Origin: Chiloscyllium plagiosum
Taxonomy: Eukaryota
Length of the DNA: 29,218 bases
Direction of reading: 5' to 3'
Assembly (NCBI RefSeq): GCF_004010195.1
Contig: NC_057752.1
Location: forward strand, 8,549,180-8,578,397
Part shown: one piece after another, positions 21,252 through 29,218 of the stretch
How the letters are laid out: each line of letters opens with the position of its first letter
How positions within the stretch are numbered: the stretch's first letter is position 1
Program-made: the position numbers and the translations under genes
Notes under the pieces: model-generated
What the model was told of the DNA's origin: nothing
What the model saw: the letters and a program-made list of their open reading frames with translations, nothing else
The model's database searches: none

Positions 21252-24200
21252 ATTTGATAGGGTCGAATGGTCATATTTGTTTTACACATTGGAGAGGTTT
21301 GGTGTTGGACAGGTGTTTACCAAATGGGTCTCAACATTGTATAGTGATCCCAAAGCAGTTGTGGTTACCAATGGATTAGGCTCGGATAGCTTCAGTGTGG
21401 GTCGGGGCTGCCGTCAGGGATGTCCCCTCTCGCCATTGTTATTCACGCTAATAATTGAACCACTAGCAGAAGCTATACGAGCTGATCCTAATATAACGGC
21501 CCCGAGGATTGGTACAGGTAAACATAAAATTACCCTTTATGCAGATGATGTTCTTCTATTCCTCAGTAACCCTTTGATGTCCATACCTCGCTTAATCCAA
21601 GTTATTAATACATTTAGTGCATTCTCAGGCTATAAAATTAATTTTTCAAAATCGGAGGCTATGCCAATGGGTGGCCTTGCTGTGATACCCCGCTTAGCGG
21701 ACGGTTCCCTTTTTCCCTTTCGCTGGTCCCTGGAGGGTTTCTTATATTTAGGCATTTTTATTACTCCAGTATTTGGTCAGTTGTATAAGGCTAATTTTGT
21801 GTATTTATTGGAAAGGATAAGGCAGGACCTCCAGCGATGGGGGGGCCTGCCAGTTTCCTGGTTGGGTAGAATAGCATTAATCAAAATGAATATCCTGCCC
21901 CGTCTCCTATATCCTATGAGAATGCTTCCGGTGATGCTGCCGAGGACAGCTTTATGTAAATTATACGGTTGGCTGAGTTCCTTTATCTGGAACCATAGGC
22001 GGCCCCTTATTAAGCTGAAGAAGCTACAGCTTCCACAGGCAAGGGGTGGATTGGATTTCCCAGATTTTAGGAAATATCAATTAAGTTCCCTATTAAGTTA
22101 TATAGTTGATTGGGTCTTGTCTGATCCACAATCAATCTGGTTGGACATCGAGGCTTCTCAAGTAAAATACCCACTTATTAACCTTTTATTCTCAGACAAG
22201 AGGAAAATCATTACAGATCACTGTAAAAACCTTATAATACTGAATACAATCAAGGCTTGGAATATAATGCGGCAAAATGAGGGTAATTCACATAAAACAT
22301 CCCCCTATGCACCGATAGTGGGAGCATGGGGATTCCAACCGGGGTTAACAGATGCCACTTTTAAACTCTGGAGATCCAGGGGTATCTCATGTCTCGGGGA
22401 TTTATTTAAGGATGGGGTCCTGATGTCTTTCGGACAGCTGCGTCATAAATTCGGATTACCCAATGGAGACCTCTTTTGATACTTCCAAATTCGAGATTTT
22501 ATACAGAAGAAGACTACGTTATTAGTCTTTATAAATCCGATAGAGAATGTAGTGTCCTACGACCAGTGGGGGTATCTTCCGTCAGTAATATTTATCATTT
22601 ACTACATGATGAAGTATCGGGAGATATGGATAATCTGCTTAAAACATGGGTTCAGGATCTGGGACTAGAAATCTCCACAGACACGTGGAATGATATCTGG
22701 GAAAATGCTAGAAGAATTACCATCTGTAACAGAACCCAGGCTATCTAGCTGAAGATACTTCATAGGGCCCATTTAGCACCGGTTCGATTGGCAAAATTTA
22801 AGGCAGGAGCATCTCCAATGTGTCCTAAATGCAAAATAGAGGTGGGCACTCTTGTACATTGCTTATGGACCTGTCATAAGATCCGTGGATATTGGACTAA
22901 AGTAGCAAGTACCCTGATAGAAATTTTAGGAACGGAAATTAAAGTGGATCCCGTATCTCTCCTTTTGGGCTTATCGAACTTACCTTCCCTGGACATGTAC
23001 GGGAAGAGACTATTTTCTATTCTTTCTTTCTGTGCAAGGAAAAATATTTTGGTAAACTGGGTGGCTGAGGGCCCCCCTGGACTTTCAAATTGGCACAGAT
23101 TAATTATGGAATGTATTCCCCTTGACTTCCTTACAAATATGGTGCACCGAAAGACCGAATTATTTCATAAAATATGGCAGCCCTTCTTGAATTATATGAA
23201 TACAGATATTTCGGCTATCCTAACAAGGGCTTTTATTTAATTGAGATTACGAACCTGGCTGGTCCGGGGCCCCTTGGGAGAGGAATCCCACACGAATACG
23301 GGTTTTGTTACATTTGATGTTAACACATTCCGAGCATGTATCTCACTACTCAATTTCTATGTTATCCGTTGTTTTTTTGTTGTTTTTTTCTCTTTCTCTT
23401 ACTTGAATAATGTAAGAGACTTAAATATACACTCTGGTTAGTTGTAGGTTAGATTAGTAGTTAATTGAGTTTTGTTTTTTTCTTTCTCGGTTATTATATA
23501 TTTAAGATTGAATTGTATATCAATGTTTGTACTTGAGAGTTTTGTTTATTTTTGTAAACTTGTAAAAATGTTAAATTTCTAATAAAAATATCTATTAAAA
23601 AAAAAGTGTATAAGTCCTGCTCTCATATGCCTTTCCAAAATGCAGCACCTCCCATTTATCTAAATTAAACTCCATCTGCCACTCCTTAGCCCATTGGGGC
23701 CCACCTGATCAAGGTCCCGTTGTACTCAGAGGTAACCTTCTTCACTCCACTTCACCTCCAATTTTGTTGTCATCTGCAAACTTACTACCCATACCTCCCA
23801 TGTTCACATACGAACCATTTATATAAATGAGAAAAAGCAGTGGACCCAGCACTGCTCCTCCAGGCATGGTCTGACAAGTGGCAAGGAACATTCACATCAC
23901 ACAAATGGTCAGTAATGATCATCTCCAATAAGAGACAATCTAACACTGCCCCATGACATTTAACAGCATTACCATCACTGAATCCCCCACTATCAACATC
24001 CTGGGGGGGTTACCATTGACCAGAAACTCAACTGGACTCACCATATAAACACAGTGGCTATAAGAGCAGGTCAGAGACTAGGAATACAGCAGCAAATAAC
24101 TCATTTCCTGATTCCCAAAGCTTTTCCATCATCTCCAAGGCACAGGTCAGGGGTGTGATAGAATACTCTACCTGCCTGGATGGGAGAAGCTCAAACAACA

Positions 24201-24891
24201 CTCAAGAAGCTCAGCACCATCCAGCACAAGGGCACCACATCCACAAATATTCACTCCCACCTTCATTGATGCTCAGTAGCAGCAGTGTACTATGTACAAG
24301 TTGCACTGCAGAAATTCATCAAGGCTCCTTAGACAGCACCATCTACATCAATTACTACTACCATCTAGAAGGACAAGGGTAGCGGATACATAGCAACACA
24401 AGCACCTTCAAGTGTCCTTCCAAGCCACACACCATCCTAATTTGGAAATATGTCACTGCTCCTTCTTGTTGCTGGATCAAAATCCTGGAACTTCTTCTGT
24501 AATTGCATTATGGGTCTACCAACAGCACATGGACTATTGTGGTTTAAAAAGGCAGCTCAAGGGCAACTTGGGATGGGCACCAAATGCTGGACCAGTCAGC
24601 GATGCCCACATCTCATTATAAAGTCACAATTCATTTGTTTCAAGGGTATGACTCTTCATTTTAGAAAGGTCGATAAACGGAAACATCTTCTTTAGAAACA
24701 GATAAAAACAACCCTGCACTAGGTTAAATTCAAATGAAGTAAAAATTGTGTTCATTTAATAAAGTCAGAATGAGAAGTGAGAAGACTTAAACAATGAATA
24801 TCTCATCTAAAATTTTAATAGTGTTCGAAGGTCTGCAGCTATTTTAATAAAGTATTTAGATTATTTATGTAGTTCCCAGGTTAAGAGGAGT

Positions 24892-25750
24892 TTGTTACAG
24901 AATCATGGAGTATAGAGAGAAGGCTATTAATTCTATTAGCTTTATATATTATGCAATAGCGACCCAGAATTAAAGGGGTTGTTTTGAAGGTAAAGGATTT
25001 ATAATTCCTGCTTGAAATTTTGCATGTATGCCATGTTATCTTGGGGATGGGCTTTGAGGTTAAATGAGTTATTTTCTTCTATTTCTTCAGTGTGTTGCTT
25101 CAGAGGCAGTCAGCAGTTAACTTGGAAAAGGCAGATTGAGAGGGAAACTTGATAGGAGCTGTGAAGCAATCTGTATTTATCTAAAATCAGGATACAGTGT
25201 GCAGAAGCCATGAGGAGCTATGTTTTAAAAAAATCACTAAACACAAATGCAATGATCTAAGCTTGAGCTAAGAAGTCTATATTCAGGAATGTTTGAAGAA
25301 AGGTTGGATCATAACCTGGTCAAAAGTTAATGGAAGCATCCTCATGAAATCCCATACTTCAGGACTGCTGGAACACTAAGGAGAGAGTGAAGCACATTCC
25401 AGGGAGCTGTGGCATAGTTGGTTTGAATTCCAAACGGAAGAGAGTGAATGACCCTTCAATATCTCAATGTATAATGGAAATCCTGGGTGGATTTGGAAGT
25501 AAAAAGAGAGAACTGGATTATACTCCAAATCTTGACAAACTGCAGTGTTGAGTTAATATTTGTGCTTTATTTCTATTTTTCAAAAGAAAACATACAGAGT
25601 GAAGATTTTGTTTGTTCAAAACTTGAAATTTTATGGCATAGCTCTTTCAGTTCAGTCTCAATGTTCAAATTTCTTTTTAAACATTAATTGTATCTATGGA
25701 AATCATAATATTTGGAAAACTAATAAAACTAATACTTGTGAATTGCTAAT
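24892..25750 (+). repeat. Possible solo-LTR-like remnant
   Basis: It starts TGTTAC, has a purine-rich body and an AATAAA near 25722. No clear 3' CA terminus or TSD was found. Confidence 0.25.
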
Positions 25751-26531
25751 ATGACTGTGTGTGCGCGCATATGTGTACGTGTTTGTGCATGTGTGTGTGT
25801 GCTATTATTGCGTTTGTTTTTGCTTTCTTATACACAAGTTTTGCCTGGCACTCACCATTAACTTCAATGGCATAACAACAAATGTTGACTCTGGCTGTTA
25901 TTCTTCAAAAGGCACAAATGAAAAAAAGATAGCAGTCAACAAGAATGAGTTACCACAGATCACAGCATAAAAGTTCACCTTTTAAGCCTCGAAAAACATT
26001 TCCAGAAAAAGAAAAAAAATGGGATAAACTATGAGCCACTGGTGTTGGTGTGGGTAATAGCCATTTTGAAATGTGAGAAACAACATCACAGAAGTAATTA
26101 AAATTAAGTTAATGCAACGAGTTTTATTGAATGAATTAATTCTAGAAGGATAATTTCAATCACAATCGAAATAGTTTACGGACATCACATTCATCACCTT
26201 CAGTATCTGACACAAGTAGTTTATCAAATTCATTGAGTCACTTTAGCAATGGCATCATCATAAAGATCCAACTTTGGATGAGATTTGGCACTTTCGGTTT
26301 CAGAATCATCCTGTCACGACAAAAATCATCTACCCTTCATCCATTGAATTGGATATTTCACATTTTCTGAATGATCTGATGACATTTCATACATTCGGAA
26401 GATCACACAATTGGACAATGAAACCATACAAAACATCAAGACGACAGCACATGTATTTCCACTCTTTGAGAAAATTTACTTCTCCATTAACCACCCACCT
26501 ACTCCATTCAGTACAAACATGATTCTTGAAC

Positions 26532-26825
26532 CATAAACAGAAATTGCTGGAAAATCCCAGCAGGTCCGGCAACATCTGTGGAGAGAAATCAGAGTTAACG
26601 TTTCAGGTCCAGTGACTCCTCTTCAGAACAGATTCTGATTTCCCTCCACAAATGCTGCGAGATCTGCTGAGTTTTTCCAGCAATTTCTGCTTTGGTTCCA
26701 AAGAAGAGTCATTGGACCCGAAGAGTTAGCTGATTTCTCTCCACAGATGCTGCTGGACCTGCTGAGTTTTTCCATAATCTGTTTTTGTTTCTAATTTCCA
26801 GCATCCGTAGTTCTTTCAGTTTTAG
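26532..26825. mobile_element. Hammerhead-bearing non-autonomous element: one inverted and two tandem partial units
   Basis: The 11-bp TSD gattcttgaac lies at 26521-26531 and 26826-26836. Removing the insert restores the transposase reading IKQFKNHV. Confidence 0.85.
26594..26629 (-). ncRNA. Minimal hammerhead ribozyme motif (sense to the SLC4A8 pre-mRNA)
   Basis: The minus strand reads gtt-CTGAAGA-g-gagtc-actg-gacct-GAAACGTT-aac. The core is intact and stem II has one mismatch. Confidence 0.62.
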
Positions 26826-27071
26826 GATTCTTGAACTGTTTAATGATGCACATAATCAGAGTTTAAATTGTAGAAGTTGCACCCAAATTGCAGTTACAAG
26901 AGTAGGGTCTTGTTTCTTTGCAAGTAATTCTTGATCTCATCAGCTACATGGGATCTGAACATCTACTACACCAATGAGCTGTGCTCTTTGCATAGGCCAC
27001 TGAGAAGCCTTTTCTACACATTTTGGATCGACAGCTTCACTCCAACCGCACCCCTCCAACCACTCTTATGG

Positions 27072-27362
27072 TTTCTTTGTCTTTTTCTCATCCTTGTTTT
27101 TGAGAGGTGGGCCATGAACTTCCATTGGGTTGATCCATGCTAATGAGCAAGTAGTTTTCCATTGCTTTCGGCAGGATGGCTCGCAATTAAACTTTCCCCT
27201 CTTACTGCCTGCCATCAAGCTTATTAGAAGAATTTATAGCCTAATACTGAACTTGTTTGGCCAAAAACACATCTTCTATGACCATCACATACTGGAGTGG
27301 GATTCAAATCTGGAGCTTCTGACCCAGAGGTAGGGGCACCATCCATTGCACCACAAAACTTC
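27072..27362 (-). mobile_element. Old tRNA-derived SINE inserted in the pogo relic
   Basis: It has an A box-like tggtgcaatgg, a B box-like atttgaatcc and an A-rich end. It splits the transposase between VHVRDN and HKSGW. Confidence 0.6.
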
Positions 27363-27789
27363 CTCATTGTCACGGACATGCACAAAACTACCTGCAAGGA
27401 ACTTGATTTTCAACATGGATTTATATTTGGAAATTACTGCACACTTTAGTACCACCATGAAGACCATCTTCTCTTGTCCTGTAGTTTTCACTAGAACATT
27501 TGTCAAGTCTTTACACTCCACATTCAGTTGATGCACATCTTGAAATCGATTGACATTTCATCCATGTTGCCAATGTGACATCATGGACACCTGTGCTTTT
27601 GTTGCTGTTTGATGAATTGCTGGAAACTGGTAATTTTGACAGGAGTCTTTTGGTAGTTTCTGAGCAACCACCTCCTCCTGTAACAGAAGCCCTTTCTGTT
27701 CCAGAAAGCAGCTACACCAACTAGTTGTGTTGCTGATAGTTGGGAATTCAGTGATGGTAACATCATTGTGTGTCATGAGACCAGAGTTA

Positions 27790-27967
27790 GAGTGACTCTT
27801 AGAGGAGATAGTTACTACCTAGCACTTGTGGCACAGATGTTATTTTCCACTCATTATCCAAGCCTGGATGTTGTCCAGATCTCTCTGTTTGGAAAAGGAC
27901 ATGTTTAGTATCTGAGGAGTCATGAATGGTGCTGAACATTGTGCAGTCATTAGCGAACATTCCCACT
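27790..27967 (-). mobile_element. Fragment of the same old LINE family as 17700-17778
   Basis: The reverse complement 'aatgttcagcaccattcatgactcctcagatact' matches 17726-17758. Confidence 0.7.
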
Positions 27968-28404
27968 TAGAGTCATAGAGATGTACAGCATGGAAACAGA
28001 CCCTTCAGTCCAACCAGTCCATGCCGACCAGATATCCCAACCCAATCTAGTCCCACCTGCCAGCACTCGGCCCATATCCCTCCAAACCCTTCCTATTAAT
28101 ATACCCATCCAAATGCATCTTAAATGTTGCAATTGTACCAGCCTCCACCACATCCTCTGGCTGCTCATTCCATACATGTACCACCCTCTGCGTGAAAAAG
28201 TTGCCCCGTAGGCCTCTTTTATATCTTTTCCCTCTCACCCTAAACCTATGCCCTCCAGTTCTCGACTCCCAGGGAAAAGACTTTGTCTATTTATCCTATC
28301 CATGCCCTTCATAATTTTGTAAACCTCTATAAGATCACCCCTCAGCCTCCGACGCTCCAGGGAAAACAGCCCCAGCCTGTTCAGCCTCTCCCTATAGCTC
28401 CCTA

Positions 28405-28899
28405 TAGTGTACAAAATACCATGCAAGGACTGCACAAAACACTATATAGGACAAACAGGAAGACAGCTAACAATCCGCATACATGAACATCAACTAGCCA
28501 CGAAACGACACGACCAGCTATCCTTAGTAGCCACACACGCAGACAACAAGCAACATGAATTCGACTGGGACAACACTACTCTCATAGGGCAAGCCAGACA
28601 GAGAACAGCCAGGGAATTCCTAGAGGCATGGCATTCATCCACAAACTCCATCAACAAACACATCGACCTGGACCCAATATACCAACCACTACAGCGGACA
28701 GCTGAAACTGACAACCGGAAGCGGCAGGGACAGACCACTTTAAACACCGGAGGAAACATCAAAGAAGCGCTTCGCAGGAGGCTCCCAAGCACTGATGATG
28801 TCGCCGAACCAGGGGACGAAACGTTTGCAACAAAAACTTCCAGCTCGGCGAACAGAACCACAACAATGAGCACCCAAGCTACAAATCTTCGCACAAACT
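28405..28899 (+). mobile_element. Penelope-like GIY-YIG plus terminal fragment
   Basis: It encodes [28 protein letters not shown]...AREFLEAWHS...IDLDPIY, in an open frame. Confidence 0.92.
28789..28828 (+). ncRNA. Minimal hammerhead ribozyme in Penelope terminus
   Basis: The sequence reads gca-CTGATGA-t-gtcgcc-gaacca-ggggac-GAAACGTT-tgc, with stem I gca/tgc. Confidence 0.7.
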
Positions 28900-29158
28900 G
28901 TGTATAAATCCTGCTAAGATTTATTTCCCAAAATGCAGCACCTCGCATTTATCGGAATTAAACTCCATCTGCCACTTCTCAGCCCATTGGCCCATCTGGT
29001 CAAGATCCTGTTGTAGTCTGAGGTAACCCTCTTCGCTGTCCACAACACCTCCAATTTTGGTGTCATCTGCAAACTTACTAACTGTACCTCTTATGCTCGC
29101 ATCCAAATCATTTATTTAAATGGCAAAAAGTAGTGAACCCAGCACCGATCCTTGTGGC

Positions 29159-29218
29159 TCAGACAACAACTCACCAGAGCGAAGGACCCGATACCCGACA
29201 TGAGCAAGACGAATGTAG
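29159..29218 (+). mobile_element. Start of another Penelope-like fragment (runs off the window)
   Basis: It is near-identical to 15425-15484 (RQQLTR.KDPIP.MSKTNV). Confidence 0.85.

Larger units (their letters stand above)
20271..23240 (+). pseudogene. L1 ORF2 (APE endonuclease, RT, Cys-rich C-terminus), disrupted and partly in the gap
   Basis: It encodes TWNVKG...LLQETHL (EN); FDRVEW, GCRQGCPLSPLLF, LYADD and YLGI (RT); and CPKC...HCLWTC. Confidence 0.92.
18483..23603 (+). mobile_element. L1-clade LINE with both ends present
   Basis: The 16-bp TSD aagtgtataagtcctg lies at 18467-18482 and 23604-23619, at a TT|AAGT target. It starts with G-rich sequence, contains ORF1 and ORF2, and has AATAAA at 23581-23586 and a short A tail. 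Confidence 0.95.
17779..23857 (-). mobile_element. 5'-truncated CR1 (17779-18482 plus 23620-23857), split by the L1 insertion
   Basis: The 3' tail tagagtca is at 17779, followed by EQRDLGVQVHSSLK and LYRTLVRP. It resumes after the TSD with the WQME..LDK and SKFADD equivalents. Confidence 0.9.
17700..24610 (+). mobile_element. Old non-LTR LINE 3' part (CR1/L2 group), split into 17700-17778 and about 23858-24610 by nested insertions
   Basis: The left piece reads MFST.SDSSDTEAVPVQ. The right piece continues QAWSDKWQGTF...ILG.TIDQKLNW...KAQVRGVIEY and ends in the tail 'aaggcagctc...ggatgggca...atgcccacatc'. Confidence 0.7.
26150..27778 (-). pseudogene. Fossil pogo-type (POGK-like) DDD transposase, interrupted by two insertions
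   Basis: Ordered remnants read SWCSCFLEQKGL, AQKLPKD, KITSFQQFI, HIGNMDEM (27554-27577), VLVKTTGQEK, FLAGSFVHV, GW...GVKL, LV**MFRSH, KQFKNHVCTEWSRW and IRSFRKCEISNSMD. Confidence 0.8.
27968..29158 (-). mobile_element. CR1 3' fragment (27968-28400 plus 28900-29158) interrupted by Penelope
   Basis: It has the tail tagagtcatagag and encodes [32 protein letters not shown] and SKFADDTKIGG...WQMEFN. Confidence 0.92.

Noticed and set aside
17457..29218. Next upstream SLC4A8 exon (WLKFEEDVEDGGERWSKP...)
   Set aside because: Not found by reading; it presumably lies beyond the window.
1..29218. CRISPR array or prokaryotic RT/retron system
   Set aside because: There is no regular repeat-spacer array, and all RT motifs belong to eukaryotic CR1/L1-type LINEs within introns.

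Overview
Eukaryotic vertebrate genomic DNA, very likely a shark or other elasmobranch, inferred from an HE1-type V-SINE and the CR1/Penelope repeat content. The window lies within the minus-strand SLC4A8 (NDCBE, Na+-driven Cl-/HCO3- exchanger) gene. Three consecutive coding exons (17268-17456, 12656-12744, 1228-1385) splice in frame, and the last appears to end at a GC donor. The introns are dense with nested mobile elements: several CR1 LINEs (one near full length with a zinc-finger/esterase ORF1), an L1-clade element retaining both ends (16-bp TSD, YY1 motif), Penelope-like (GIY-YIG) fragments, SINEs, a fossil pogo-type transposase and a Harbinger-like Myb/SANT relic. There is a 386-N gap. 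The most notable non-coding signal is a set of about seven minimal hammerhead-ribozyme motifs with palindromic ACGT/AGCT stem III. They sit in Penelope termini and in short, TSD-flanked, inverted-repeat non-autonomous elements. All calls come from reading the sequence and recalled family motifs; no searches were run.
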